NCBI GenBank assembly: GCA_024137785.1
Contig: JAHRHZ010000035.1
Coordinates: 22,431,348-22,495,347, forward strand
Direction of reading: 5' to 3'
Source of the DNA: Ginglymostoma cirratum
Lineage: Eukaryota
Length of the DNA: 64,000 nt
The translations under genes were made by a program, and so were the position numbers. Below are positions 12,137-25,869 of this stretch, piece by piece. Below the pieces are notes generated by a model. The model saw only the letters and a list, made by a program, of their open reading frames with translations, ran no database searches and had not been told where the DNA came from. Numbering within the stretch: position 1 is the stretch's first letter; every line of letters begins with the position of its first letter.

Positions 12137-14101
12137 GAGGGTGGTCACTTAAAATAAGTGAAGTCAACTGCAGCACTGCCGCAGGTTTGAAAAAGTATGC
12201 CATTTGGCGAAGCACAAATGGTTACTTCACTTCTGCCCTTATTCCATCAAAACTAAAGGTGGTTTTTGAGTCTGAACTAATTAATGCTTCTTTCTAATGT
12301 AAGTGAATTTAGTCCAAATATTTTTACATGCAATTTTAAACCTGAACATGTAGTCCAGTGAAACATTTAGAAGATTGGCATAGCCACTTTGATTCTTTTT
12401 CCTAGCTTATTCAATTTCTGCGCATTCTTGCAAGAAAAATACCTCAGACAACAATTTGGGTACCTTTGCCACTTTTTAGATTAGTCCATATCAACTGACA
12501 AGTGTCATTCTCAACAATTGAAAGTGCAAACACACTCTCGAGCACTTGTTATGCAGCCCAGTGTTGCTTTTCAACCTAACCTAGCTGCACAAGCTGAAAT
12601 TTTACTGAAAACCTCAACTCCGTATACTTCCATCATGAAAATATTTGTTCCTACATTTTACCTAATCAAAGAATTCAACCACAATTTCAGCAAGTCTAAA
12701 GGAATTTTAATTGGAAAGTATTGCACCTACAAATTATTCCCAAGCAAACACAGGTCAGATGAGGTATCACTTGCTTTATCCAAACCAGGTTTAAAATGGT
12801 CAAGGGAGAGAAATTAGTTGCTAAGGCCAATCGATGCATGTACAAAGGTTACATGTAACAGCATTTTTTATACAAATAAAAGTGCATTAGTTCATGTAAT
12901 ATATATATATTTACACACAATGTTGCTCCTGGTTTCACAACAGCAGGGTGAAAAAAATACTGATGGACCATAATTATTTCAACAGCAACATTTTCTGCCT
13001 CTGAAAAGCTGTAAATAATTTATGCATCTATTTTTACATCCAGTGTGTAACAACCTCTCAATTTCTATACACAATACAGGTACCTTTTATAAAGGCTCCT
13101 TTGGAATGTTCAATTTTTTTTCTCTTTTGCATTAACCCAGGTAACTATATATTATCCTTGCCCTACTGTTCATATAGATATTAAATCCCTTTTTGGTTGT
13201 TCCAGCATCATTTTCATACAACACTACTGCATTCTTAAACTTCAATAAAACCACATGATAACAATTAAATCAGCAAGAACACATGCAAGGGATCTAAACT
13301 AGGTAATGAATCAATAACAGCTCATTTAACAATTATTAGAATATTTGAGAGAAATGTGGAAAAAGGACTACAGTGATACTTTGGACCAATAAGCAGAAAA
13401 CTAACTGCAATATTTAATTTGGTTTCTTGTTTTCAGTTACCTCCTATTGGTATGATTTATCTTGCAGGTTTCCAGCTTTATTAATCCAAATGACACCAAA
13501 ATGATTAAACTAAAAGTGTAAATATGATTTTAAAAAGCGTTCTATTTGGGCCATGATACGGAGTTCAAAAGCAGTTACGGACAGCTCTGCTGCCTGCTCT
13601 GTTGTAACTGTTAGGATGGTTGGGAAGGAGCATGACTTTAACAGTAAGGAAAAAAAGGCTTTAAAAAGATGTTTTAAGCATTCACTAATTTCTATCAATG
13701 AAGGAGGAGCACATTTACAAAGATGCAGACTATTACAGCAATCACTTCAAACAGTGTTTCATTCAAATTGGCTCAGGACTGTAATAATGCTACAGAGCCA
13801 AAAAGAATTGTTCCTCTTGTATGTTTAGAAACTACAGAATTTCAAACCCATAATATGTTTGTTCACAATGAATTTCATTCCCCATAGGAGAACATTTTCA
13901 TTTGCATTTAAAAGCTGTGTTAATATAAAGTACCAGTTATTAAATACTTGTAAACAGCTGAAAAACTTATACTCCTGTATTAAAACACTGTCATAACAGT
14001 GACTGAAAACACTAATAAGGATATCTTATTAACCGTAGCGTTCATCAAATGAATTATGTTGATATTTCTTCAATGTGCATATTCTTGACATTGCACTTGG
14101 T

Positions 14102-14185
14102 TCACTGCCAATGAGGGGGAGGTCGACCAGTTATTGATGGACGTATAATACCTTTAGGAGTAGGTTTTGACCCAAACCAAGACAT
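14102..14185 (-). CDS. GOLGA1: GOLGA1 last coding exon
   Basis: tgtag|MSWFGSKPTPKGIIRPSITGRPPPHWQ*. Confidence 0.95.
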   Translation of the reverse strand: MSWFGSKPTPKGIIRPSITGRPPPHWQ

Positions 14186-14290
14186 CTACAGTGTAAACAG
14201 AATAATATTTAGTAAACCCACTTGATGTTATTCATTAAGAGTAGAAGCAGGTAAGACTCAGTGAATAAGTAGCAACAGACTACGCCCTAC

Positions 14291-14377
14291 CTTATATTCT
14301 AGGGATTCCTTTAGCAAGTTTTCTTCTTCACGTGTAAAGTTAAGTAGCATGGATACGGCTTTCACCAGTTGATAAGC
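14291..14377 (-). CDS. GOLGA1: GOLGA1 coding exon 20 (GRIP domain)
   Basis: AYQLVKAVSMLLNFTREEENLLKESLEYK, AG/GT, 87 nt. Confidence 0.95.
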
Positions 14378-15189
14378 CTGTGACAAAACACATTGATCCG
14401 ATTTTTTTTTTATTAGGTAACTGAAAGTTGTCATGCAACTTTCTGCAGGAAAAATACTATCCGTGAATTAGCAAGGAAATTAATAAACTAAGTTCGTGTA
14501 ATTCACAAACTATTTTAAGTATAAGTCAAATTTCTTGTGTGAAAATTAATTAACGGAGTGTTCCAGGATAAAGTTCTATAGTGGGTAACCACTGCAAAAA
14601 GGCAGCCAACCACGTTCTCAAGGCAGTCCGAGATGGGCAATAAATGCTGAACCACCAGCAATACCCACAACCCGTGACTTTTTCTTTAAAAAGTTCATTC
14701 AATAGAATCACTAAAATTATTTGCCTCGGTTTCGGATCCTAGCCACTATCTCTTTATGTTACTGAAAGCTAGCCACAAAAAAATTGCACTCCATTGCCTA
14801 GCCTTTGCTTCTACTGATGGAAATCCCATGGAATTTTGACACCTGGAAGCCTTCGCTGAGGTCATGGTTATTGTGAAAGGCAGTTTCTGAAAGTTGGTAA
14901 AGGAAAAGACATGGCAGGCTCTTTTCCAACTTTATTTTGAATGCAGAACAGTGAGTGACCTCTGTGCTCATCAAGTTTTAAATTTTAAGTTTCAAATGTC
15001 TGTTAACTTCAGTTAAACACACTACTTGTTTTACAAGACCGTTTCTAAACAGGTTGCATTTGATTAAACTGCTGATAGCAGAAACAGTATTTGCTGCACA
15101 CACTACTGCAATGCAAACAATCACAGTGCACATTGCCAAAAATGTTCTTCACTCCACATAATCCTTTCTGGTACAAGAGCTACAATCAG

Positions 15190-15560
15190 TCACAACTGTG
15201 TCCAGTTCTGGTCCCCTAGTGTGAGGTCCACTGAACTAGGGAGAAGCAACTGGTTGTTACCTAAATTATATGCTCTAATTATCAAGCATAGACTCAGAGA
15301 ACTAGTCTGTTATACTTTGAAAAAGTGAAGACTTCGGAGATATGACTGACGTGTATAAAATAATGAAGGAATTTAGTTGAGGTAGGGAGACTAGAGGGTT
15401 TTGGGGGTATCAGTGCAGCTTATAAAAGCATATGATAGCTTTTAGGAAATACCCAACTTAAAAATATCATCGACCTTTGGAATAGGTTAGTACTGGGTGC
15501 GAATTCACACAAACCTTTGAAAAGGAGTTGGAGGAATCATTAGAAGGTAGTTGGGTTAAT
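15190..15560 (+). mobile_element. Old CR1-type LINE 3' fragment
   Basis: actgtgtccagttctggtcccc...tttgaaaaagtgaagacttcggagatatgactgacgtgtataaaataatgaagg. Confidence 0.6.
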
Positions 15561-15965
15561 GCCAGTGAAGCTTCTGAGATGACCTTTAGACCCCAGGTTT
15601 TACTCTATATGGATATTAGGTTTCTCTTCATCTCTCAGAAAGGTGCATAACCATTGAAGAAGGTAGTGTGATGAGGTCAATGGTATATTTCAGCTTGTAG
15701 CATGTCAGAATGGGTTCAGCTTGATGTTCCAGTAGGGTTTTGCTTGTCATTTTCCAGATACTTCATGTCTAATTCTCAGTCAGTCTCAAGTGCTAAACTG
15801 CACGTCTGAATTCTACATCTACTGGTCACCAAATCACTGGAGAATTATTCTCCTTCAGCTTTTAAAACTATAATAACAGATCTGCACTTTAATTCCCAAA
15901 AAGTGATAAATAAAACAGGTTTTCTATTGAGTACTTGTACTTTATTGCAATTATGAGTAACTCAC

Positions 15966-16145
15966 CTCAGATTCTCGCACAGACATAAATTTGAGAAGGA
16001 CATGTTTCAGATATTCAAAATTTATCTCCCTGGAGTCATTAAGATCTGAATTGTTTACAACAGTGGTGGAATTACTGACGCTGGTTGGTGGTTCAAAGAA
16101 AGATTTCTCCCGGACTTCAGCAGGTTCCAATTCTGGTTTCATTTT
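15966..16145 (-). CDS. GOLGA1: GOLGA1 coding exon 19 (start of GRIP domain)
   Basis: [14 protein letters not shown]...[27 protein letters not shown]|gtgagt, 180 nt. Confidence 0.95.
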
Positions 16146-17583
16146 CTTTAATTGAGAAAAGATTTAATACGGCATCAATTATAATTCCATATTTTAAAAA
16201 ATAAAAAGAAAGTCTGAGCTGCCGATCTTTTTGTTTGGCGTATCTTGTAGAAATCCACTACCGCGTTTGAGTTTTTAACTCAAGTTACAAACATACAAAT
16301 TGAGAGATAAGCCAATTGGCCCCTCAAGCCAACTCTATCATTTCAGAATATGGCTGATCTGACAGTGTTCTTAATTCCCTTTCCTACATATCACCTATAT
16401 GATTTTGCTTCCCTTGTTAGTCAAGGATGAACTGTGCCTTAAAAATATTCAAGGACTCTCCTCATCAAAGAGCGGTGGAGACAGAGTTCCACTGACTCAC
16501 GAGAACTTCTCTCTCAAAACATCAAAAACTTTCTCAACTTATTTTTAAACTATGTCCTTTAGTTCTAGTCTCTTCCACAAGGTGAAAGCATCCTTTCAGC
16601 ATTGAGCTATTGAGGAACTTATTCATGTATAACCTCTGTTTGCCCGACAGGGATATTTCCAATTTACCAAGATCCAGAGAACATAGGCATGCTAAGAATA
16701 AATGCTAAAGCATGTACAAAGCTACTGCTGGACTTTAACCCAGTAAAACTGCACATCTAATCCAGTACAGACCATAGTCACTTCCCAGGTTCTCAAACGA
16801 AGAATTAAGACAAAGCAGTTTTGTAAACATTCACAATTATTTTCTTTAAAAACAAGAACTTAAATAACCTGGAACAGGATATGCTAAAGCTGGTTCCCAT
16901 TAATGAATGTCTGACGTTGCCCAAAATAGTAAATCACAAAATTTAAAACTTCAGTTGTTTGAACAGATGAGAAATGAAAACATAGCCAGTTAATTTGAAT
17001 TCATCAGATCTAAAGTCATGAACAGTTTAAACTGGAAAAATATTGCCATTAATTTGAACCACGGGTAAAAGAAACTAAAACCAAAGACTGACATTGGCAA
17101 ATACAAAAGCAAGGTATTGAGGGTATTGTAATCTTTTTTAAAAAATGCTGTAAATACTCAGCAGATCCAGCAGCATCTTCAGAAAGAAACAGAATTAACA
17201 TCTCAGGTCTCTGACCTTCGAGCATCATTGACCTGAAACATTAACTCTGTTTCTCTCTCCACAGACGGCCCCTAGCCTGCAGGGACAAAATTGGATTTGT
17301 CAGACAAAAAAAAAACATTATTAATTAGTAGTATTTTTTATACTAAAGCTACGTGATGAAAAGGAAAGTATTCTGGGAACAATTCTCCAGACAATGTTAT
17401 TTCAGTATCAGATAGAGACATTAAGCTGCAGGCAATAGCTTAACAGTTTAGGATGATGACATCTGCCATACTTTACACATGTGCAAAATCTACTTCTGAC
17501 CCATTTTCAGGTTTGATTCATTGAAAAGAAAAAAAGTCTTAAGTAATCTGTTTAAATAATGTAACTTATTGCAAGCTTTTTAC

Positions 17584-17643
17584 CAATTCTTTCTGTAGTG
17601 TCTTCTTCAATTCTGTTAGCCTCTGCAGCAGTTGTTTAATAGT
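17584..17643 (-). CDS. GOLGA1: GOLGA1 coding exon 18
   Basis: TIKQLLQRLTELKKTLQKEL, 60 nt, AG/GT. Confidence 0.93.
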
Positions 17644-18384
17644 CTGAGGGAAGAAAAAGATTTAAAACCATGAAATCTACAGCGATGGACACAGACAAAT
17701 CATTAGACGAAACAATTTAAATTTAAAATTTTAACCATACACTAAAAGATTAGGGAAATCATTAGCAATCATTCCAAATTTTTTGGATTACTGACCGAAG
17801 TAAATCAAGTATTCATGAATCCAGGGAATGAGAGAAGAAACAAGTTCAACATGCCCCCACCTCAACTCAGAAGGTTAGCAAAATTAAATGGTGAACATAC
17901 AAACAAGGAACAAGAGTCAGCCATTTGGCCCTTCAAGCCAGCTCCGCCAGAATCATAGGGATCTCCAGCAGAGAAAATGGCCCTTCAGACCATCACGTCT
18001 GCACTAGTCAAAAACAACTACAGAACTATTCAAATCTAATTTTCCAGCACTTGGCCTATAGCTTTAAATGCCTTGGCATCAAAAGTGTACATTCTCCTCT
18101 ACTATTGTTTCAAGTAGTGGCTTTCAGAATGCCACCACCCTATGGGTTAAAACATCTTCCTCACATCCCCTTTAAACCTCCTGACCCTCATCTTAAATAT
18201 ATGCCCCCAGCCGCCCGATCACTGATCCCTCCACTAAGGAGCAAAGTCTCTGTCCACCTGAGCTAAGCGCCCATAATTTTTTATGTTTCAGTCACGTCCC
18301 ACCTGTGTCTTCTGTGATCCGGGGTAAACAAGCCCAGTCCATCTAATCTCTCTTCATAACTAAAACTCTCCAGCCCAGACAACA

Positions 18385-18542
18385 GAGATAACAAGGTGTA
18401 GAGAGCTGGATGAACACAGCAGGCCAAGCAGCATCAGAGGAGCAGGAAGGCTGACGTTTCGGGCCTAGACCCTTCTTCAGAAATTCTTTACACTTTACAA
18501 TACACCTTGTTATCTCAGATTCTCCAGCATCTGCAGTTCATT
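18385..18542 (-). mobile_element. Short hammerhead-bearing fold-back retro-insertion with TSD
   Basis: TSD tc(c/t)agcccagacaaca at 18369-18384 and 18543-18558. Inverted arms gagataacaaggtgta / tacaccttgttatctc. Internal hammerhead core. Confidence 0.85.
18451..18481 (-). ncRNA. Minimal hammerhead ribozyme core
   Basis: Reverse strand CUGAAGA-A-GGGU[CUAG]GCCC-GAAA-CGUC. Conserved core boxes, closed helix II, palindromic ACGU and a GUC cleavage triplet. The helix I partner is not evident. Confidence 0.7.
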
Positions 18543-21411
18543 TCTAGCCCAGACAACATCCTGGTATATCTCCTCTGCAGCCTCTCCACTGCAATCACAT
18601 CCCTCCTATAATGCAGGTTCCAGAACTGCACACAGTACTCTAGCCTTGCCAAACCAAAATTTCATACAGCTGCTGCATGTTCTCCCTACTCTTAAATTCT
18701 ATGCCTCGGCTAATAGAGACATTTCCCATATGCCTTCTTAACCACTTTATCCATCTGTCCTGATACCTTAAGAGACCAGTGGACATGCACATCAAGGTCC
18801 CTCTGATCCTTGGTGCTCCCCAGTATCCTGTTTATCATGCATTCCCTTGCCTTGTTTGTTCTGCCAAAGTGCATCACCGTTTAATACAATCATGGCTGCT
18901 CTGATTTAACTCCAATTCTACATTCCTACATATCCCCGATAATCTTTCATCCCCTTGGTATTCAATAATCTATCTACCTGTACTCAAAAAATTGTTTTAA
19001 AATTTTGCTTCCACTACCTTTGTGGAAGAGAATTCCAAAGGCTCTCAATCCTCAGAGAAAATGTTTCATCATCTGTTTTAACTGCACACACGTCCCTATT
19101 TTTAAACTATGGCCCCTAGTTTTAGATTCTCCCAAAAGTGGAAACACCCTTTCAACATCCACCTGGTCAAATCCACTCAGGATCTTGCATGTTTCAATTA
19201 AATCGCTTCTAAGTCTTCTAAACTCCAGGCAGGCCTAACCTGTCCAACCTGTTACCTGATCTAGTCAACCTTCTCTGAAATGCTTCTAATGCATTAATAT
19301 CCTTCTGTAAGTACAGTGTTCTATACTGTACACAGTATTCCAGATTCAGTCTCAAAAATATCCTGTACAATTGAAGCATAACCTCCTATTCTTGCATTTA
19401 ATTCCCCTTGCAATAAACCACAGCATTCTACTAGCCTTCCTAATTACTTGAAGGGGAAATATTACAACTTTCTGGTTTACTACAAAATTGAATTAGTCTA
19501 GCCTCAGCAAAATTTACTCTAACTGGTTGGAGTTCCTCAGCACAACGATCTCCAATGAGTTTAATGAAAAGCTCGCCTGGTGCCAAGGCCCTGGAATACA
19601 CTGTGGTACAATAAAGAAACAACTGCATATGTATTTAACATGTCTGATTAGATAGGCAATGGCAAAATTAGTAGGTTCTGCTCGAGTACTTTCTAGAGAT
19701 AAATAAGTCAGCTCTTAGTTGTGGTCCAACACAGTTTTACATAGGATCTACTGGGGAGACTAACCCAGTAGTAACATTGCAGGAGTAGTAATCCAGAGGC
19801 CCTGACTAATGCTTGAGAGACACAGTTCAAATTCCACACTGGCAGCTGGTGCAATTTAAATTTAATTAATAAATCTGGAGTTATTGGGCAGGAAATTTCC
19901 TGTTGACTGTCACACACTTCCTCCCTTCAACAGATCAATCAGCTTTCCTTTGTGTTGAACATCAATGTTGAACATCACTGGGAAGAAGCACTAAGGGTAG
20001 CAAAGGCAAAGAACGTGCTCAGGGTGGGGTCTTCAATGACCAAAATCAAAAATGGCTCAGTAGCATAACTACAGACAGAACTGATCAAGTGCTGAAGGAC
20101 ATACCTGTCAGACTGCACATGCAGAAGGTGGTAAGAAAAGAAAAATCTAAACTTCTACTTGACTTTGCTCATCTACCTGTCATGGATGCATTTGTCCATA
20201 ACAGTACTGGTAGTGACAACCCCATATTGTTTTGCATTGATGAAACCCCATTTTCACACTGAGTCCCTCCATACTTGTGTGGCACAACCACCACGGTATA
20301 AAAGATAGATTCAAAACAGATTTAGCAGCTCAAACAAATGGCGAATGCTGGAGAAACTCAAGTTTGGCAGCATCTTTGGAAAGAGAAACAGGAGTTAATA
20401 TTTTGCAACTGGAATAACTTCTTCACCAGTTCAAATCTGGATATCCATGGCATGGGCCTAATTGAATAAGGGATACAGAATAGGATGCCAGGAGCCGCAC
20501 TGTTAACAATCAGGGGCAAACCTAGTGAAGCTATTTGTATGCTAAACAATAGAAGCAACATACAATAGATAAAGTGAAGCAATCCTGCAACCAACTGACG
20601 GGACTGAAACTCAGCAGTCTGCCTCTTCTAGTCTTGAATTGGCCGGCGGTGACAAAGCTCCACAACACCCCTTCTCAATAGTGGGGAAACCCAGTACAAT
20701 GTAAAAAAAATACAAGGTTGAAGCATTTGCAACCATCCTCAAAGTGGAACATCAAGCAGATGATCTAGCTCCAGCTCCTCATACAATGCAGGCCTCACAG
20801 ATACCAGTTTTCACATTATTTCCACCAGAAATGGAAGCAGATTTGGTGGTAGTTATTGAAAATATTATGGAGATGTTAAGCAGATTGGTAATTATTCAGA
20901 AACCAAAGCTTTCAAAGCACAGTATTCCGAAATATATTACTTCCTTCAGCACAATATTGATAAATTGTAATCAAAAGTTACCATTATTCAAACTTATTGG
21001 ATTTAATCAATATGATATAGGAAAACTAAATATGTAGTTAAAAACACAGCCAAATTTCAAGTTAATAAAAGTAATTATTGTGGACCAACTTTAAAATTTA
21101 ATTCTGTTCCTAGGTTTATGGTGAATGATAGAGACCACTGGTAAAAATTCATAAAATGGATAAATTACAAAGGTGTTTTAAGAAGAAAACTGTGATGCTC
21201 CATTACTTGAAACAGAACTGAAACTAGTCATAAGGTAAAGATTGTAGACAGGAAGTGCATATTTTAACTGGCTAAAGATTAAAATTTGCAAGATGAATGT
21301 TTCAAAAATTAGACAAAACAACCCGAAATAATCCTCTGCATATCAGCCTTTTAACATAAGTCAATGTTGTCACAAAGTGAAGCAATTTACAAACCACGCT
21401 GAGCAACTGAC

Positions 21412-21570
21412 CTTGTTTTTCTCTATTAACTGCTGTTCCAAATCTTGGTTGTCTTGTTGCAGCTGTAAGGTATACGAGATTGTCACATCTCCATTTTGTC
21501 CTTTTCCATCATTTTTTGGGGGATGTAACTGTCCATTGAGAGCTGCCAGCTCTGCTTCTAGATCATTCAC
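21412..21570 (-). CDS. GOLGA1: GOLGA1 coding exon 17
   Basis: VNDLEAELAALNGQ...NGDVTISYTLQLQQDNQDLEQQLIEKNK, 159 nt. Confidence 0.92.
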
Positions 21571-22741
21571 CTGTCAAAGCAATGTGCATTTCTTTAATGA
21601 TTCACAGAAACAAAGTTAGGAATCTTGTGGGCCTGAGTACAAGACACAGAATTTTATAAAAGCTGAAAAAAAAATTCAATTGCAATCACAGAGTAAATAC
21701 CAAAGGCAAATCTGTTCCAGCCAACAGCACAATTTTTTTAAAAAATTTTTAAAAAAGTATTTACTTCCCAAGTTAAAAATCATTAGAATAATTTTATTTT
21801 TTTTTAATTACTTCAAGTTAAAAAGACAGTATTTACTTCCCAAGTTACAATTAGCTTTTTAATGTTAAAAAAAATCGTTGTGCAGTTGGATAGAATATAT
21901 TCCCCTTTTCTCCAGTAAAATGAGTTTATTCATGGCTAGCTGATCTCAGTTAAGGTAATGGTAGATGTGACAGAATTATTGCAACATTGCTGGGTTAAAA
22001 TAATCAGTGTTCCTGGTCACGATCTATCCTGTTAGAAGTCTAAGCTCACACATGAAGAACAGCCACTTCAGCAAGGTATCACTGTACGACACAGCTGCAG
22101 AATATCGCAGAGACAAACTTTTCCTGGAAAAATAAGGAGCTAGAAACAGTTTTGATTTTCTTTTCCTCACTATCAAGTTTTAAAAACTCACCAAACAGTA
22201 ACTGGACCATTATCAGAGCCACAGTCTCCAATAATTTTGTTGCCACTTGAAAGAATGTGGATTTTCTGTTCCACTTAAAATAACAGAATTCCACACTGCT
22301 CCCTTAGAAACAGTCCATTTAGTTTTAGAGGTACAGGCCATGGATAACAGAAAGCCCTTAACAAGCCACCCCAGCTGCTGCGCATATTGCAGATGAAGGA
22401 GAAAAAAACTGGACATAATATAAATCAAAACAGATTCCAGATGAAGGCTTGGCTATGACCATCGGAACTCATAAATGGATTGCATTACAATACAGACTTC
22501 ATGAAACAGAAGATATGCCAGATGAGTGCTGCAGCATGTATTATTTATTGATACCCGATTGCCTTCAAGGATTCACAATACTGTCTGAATCGGAATTTCC
22601 CTCTCTTCCAAGGAAGCAGAAAATTACGCACATTATCTCCTGAAGAACCAAAGAATCTCTGGTTACTACAATGCCACTGCTGGGGTCAGCCACCACATTA
22701 ATTTGTTAATTTGTTTTTGAAAAGTGACATGTCATTTGTAG

Positions 22742-22855
22742 GAACAAACGAAACCAGAGGTTACTGGAGAAACTCAGAAGGTCTGGCAGCATCTGTGGAG
22801 GGAAAACAGAATTAATGTTTCAAATCCAATGTTTCTTCTTCAGACTGAATTTTCA
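22742..22855 (-). mobile_element. Short Penelope-related repeat with degenerate hammerhead and perfect TSD
   Basis: TSD gtcatttgtag at 22731-22741 and 22856-22866. Reverse strand CTGAAGA...GAAAC. Confidence 0.7.
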
Positions 22856-23233
22856 GTCATTTGTAGTTATCATCTGATAGCGTCCCAGTTAACCATATAT
22901 GCAAGATAGTAGTTTGTTCTGGTGGAGATTCATAATACACTTTTTTTTAAACAAATAGGCACAGATAGGACCATTTAAATGTTCCATATCTGCAAGATCA
23001 CTTCTTGGCAGTAAAACAAGGGAAAAAATAATTAACTTTTAAGATGTTCTTCTTTCTCACAAGATTGTTTTATATTGATCCAGAGCACTGAAAGGCGACC
23101 TCACAGAAGATCAATAAGAAATAATATTTGATTTGTAGTTACATTCAAGTGTAGAACACCCAGTAACTTGCAGTAACACTGTACCGAAATTTGCGTATTT
23201 AAATTATACACGTGGCTGAGAAAGCTAACATAC

Positions 23234-23394
23234 CTTTCTCTCACTGGCTGCCAGGAGTTCTTGTCTCTCGATCAACTGCAGCTTGAGGTCACTCAACTGG
23301 TTCTGAACTATCCCTTCTCTTTCTGCTGTTGAGCTTTTAAAATGTTCACTTTCCATTTGTAGCTGATTCATCTGTGATATCACAGCTTCATGGT
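23234..23394 (-). CDS. GOLGA1: GOLGA1 coding exon 16
   Basis: (D)HEAVISQMNQLQMESEHFK...LAASERK, 161 nt, phase-compatible. Confidence 0.9.
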
Positions 23395-25062
23395 CTAGAG
23401 GTATGTTAAAATGGATTTTCTAAGATGTGGGTTACAGTTAATTCTATTAAGATCCACTTATCCCTTCCACAAGTAAAACATTTCTCAATCGTAACACAAA
23501 ACACTGATTGCAAAACACATGAAGGTTTGTCTTTCTCACTTAATATTTTGTATTCTTTACTGCAAGCACAAATATAGAAAATATGCACAAATTTTCTCTG
23601 ATAAACAAAAGGATCTGATCCACAATGAATAATTTTTATTTTGTAAGAGACCATATCTTACAGTTCCATAACCAACCCACAAGGTAACTGGCATAAGATT
23701 TCACTGTTACGTGATTAGCTAGTAGACAGTACATGAGACCAAACATGGAAAGTACCTGAAGTTTTCTTCTTCCAAAAGTCTAGTTCTACTTATCATTAGT
23801 TTCAGTATCACTTGATCTGCACCACAGTAAATTCAATGCCCCTCAAAACTGCTCAACTGTTCCTAAAGAGACTTTACAAATAACAGATCTTGGATATCAA
23901 GTTTACAGCTTAAACAAAACTTGATATTTTATTATTAATAATGGAACTTTAGCAGAGCACAGATGAATTACATGGCAATCTAATTAATATGCACAATTTA
24001 AACCCAACCTTCTTTGAATATAAAGCCCCACTTGCACACTGAAGGTAGACACAGTTAAGGAATAAAATCAGAAAGAAAATTAAAAAGTGAAAAATTGCTA
24101 GTTTGACAGCATTTCAATGATGAATACCAGTCCTTCATGAAATCCTTGGATGACAGGTTGTATTACAAACATGCAGGACTGTGTACTTTGCTTGAATTCT
24201 GAAGTCACCAGTAAATACAAATAGTTTCTGTGACCTCTGGAGACTTTTTATTTATTTCTTACAGATTGGGTTTTTTCTCAGAATTTTGAACAAGTTGATA
24301 ACTGGAGAATAACGAGAGAAAGAAACCAAAAACCCAGCTCAGTCCAGAAGCTCCCAAAGCAAAAACTGCCCAAAACCCAGTCAGAGCTTGTTCACACTTT
24401 GTTTTTTCTTTCCTCTTCAACATTCCCTGTGATTAGCTGACCAGCACCAGTCCTCCCTTAATTCATCAACTCAACATCTAATCAGCTGCCAGTCTCTGCG
24501 CTTAATAACATCTCCTTGGCAAATTGCCCAGAGAGCTATTAGAGCAATAATTAACTTGCATTATCTTTTCAGGCCAGTTCCCAACAGCAAACATCAGCCT
24601 TTGTTTTTTTTCCCAAAATAAGCTGCCATTCAAAATTCAATTCTCAACTTTAGCTCACAACTCAAAACCAAAAATGAGAAAAATAAAAAGAATAATAGTG
24701 ACAGTCTCAACACAATGAAAAACTCAATAAGAAAGTTTTGTTATGAACATTTTCAGCAGTATCTGCTTTAGCACAATCCTGAGAATAAGGCCAAAAGGCT
24801 ACAACCAAATAAGTATTTTAAAAATTGTGATACATGCATTGACTTTATCCATTCTGACCTATTTCAATGATACATGGATTCCTGTTTTCGCTTGTTCTTG
24901 TTAAATTAACATTCATTTTCCAGAAATCAAACCCAAAGTTCAAATTGAGCTTGTACCCATAATTTGAGCTTCAACTGTAATACAATGCTTATACTTTTAA
25001 ATTATACATTTTTGACAGATTTTCCCTCAAAAATTGCTTGATCTTAAATAAATTTTTCAAAC

Positions 25063-25165
25063 CTTGCTTAAGTTGCTTGAAATCTTCTTGCATTTTGATT
25101 AACTCTTTATCTTTCTGCAAGTCTGAGGTATTTTTTTCATCCAGCATTTGTGTCAATTGTAAGAC
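25063..25165 (-). CDS. GOLGA1: GOLGA1 coding exon 15
   Basis: VLQLTQMLDEKNTSDLQKDKELIKMQEDFKQLKQ(D), 103 nt. Confidence 0.9.
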
Positions 25166-25869
25166 CTATCATTGCAAAGCAAATATATGAAGAAAGGCAA
25201 CAAAATAATCATAAACAAAGAAAAGCTCTTGTGGTCAAATTACTGAAACCAGTTTTCAATTCCAGACTTATTAATTGAATTTAAATTTCACCAATGCCAT
25301 GGTGGGATTTGAACCCTCATCCAGGCCTCTGGACTACTGCACTGTCATGTCTATTATGCATCTCTCTCTCACGTTCTCTCCTCCCCATCAACATTACAGC
25401 TTTACTGTAGATGTACATTCACCCAATACTTTGTCGTTTGAATAATAAAGGCCATAACTCATAATATGGGCTCAGGTTTTAAAAGTTACTTTACATATTC
25501 CTGTGTTTCATTTCCTGGAACTTCTCAGCGTTATGGGAGTCAACAAAAGGAAAATCTTCCATGAACTTTCGAACTGATTTGCCTCAACTCCAAGAATTTT
25601 AAACTGATCAGTACTTTACCTGAAATTTTCCAACAGACCCTTCTCAACAGTATAGCTTTATTGTTTCCTTCAAAAACCTTGCCAGGATATCTTGAATTTT
25701 GAATGTTTCATTCAAATTTAAGCAGTAAAAGACCAGTCACACACAAACCAAATCAATTGTGCAGCAATGGATTATTTATTTTTCTTTGTCTATAACCGAG
25801 TAAACTTGTAATAGTGTGCTAATATGAAAAGTTAACACAGGGATCTAAACAACAGTGGGTTTTAAAAAC

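Larger units (their letters stand above)
17895..19450 (-). mobile_element. Nested CR1-type LINE 3' fragments
   Basis: Reverse-complement CR1 tails and ORF2 ends (cagaactgcacacagtactc; ccatatgccttcttaaccac). At least two copies interleaved. Confidence 0.75.
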
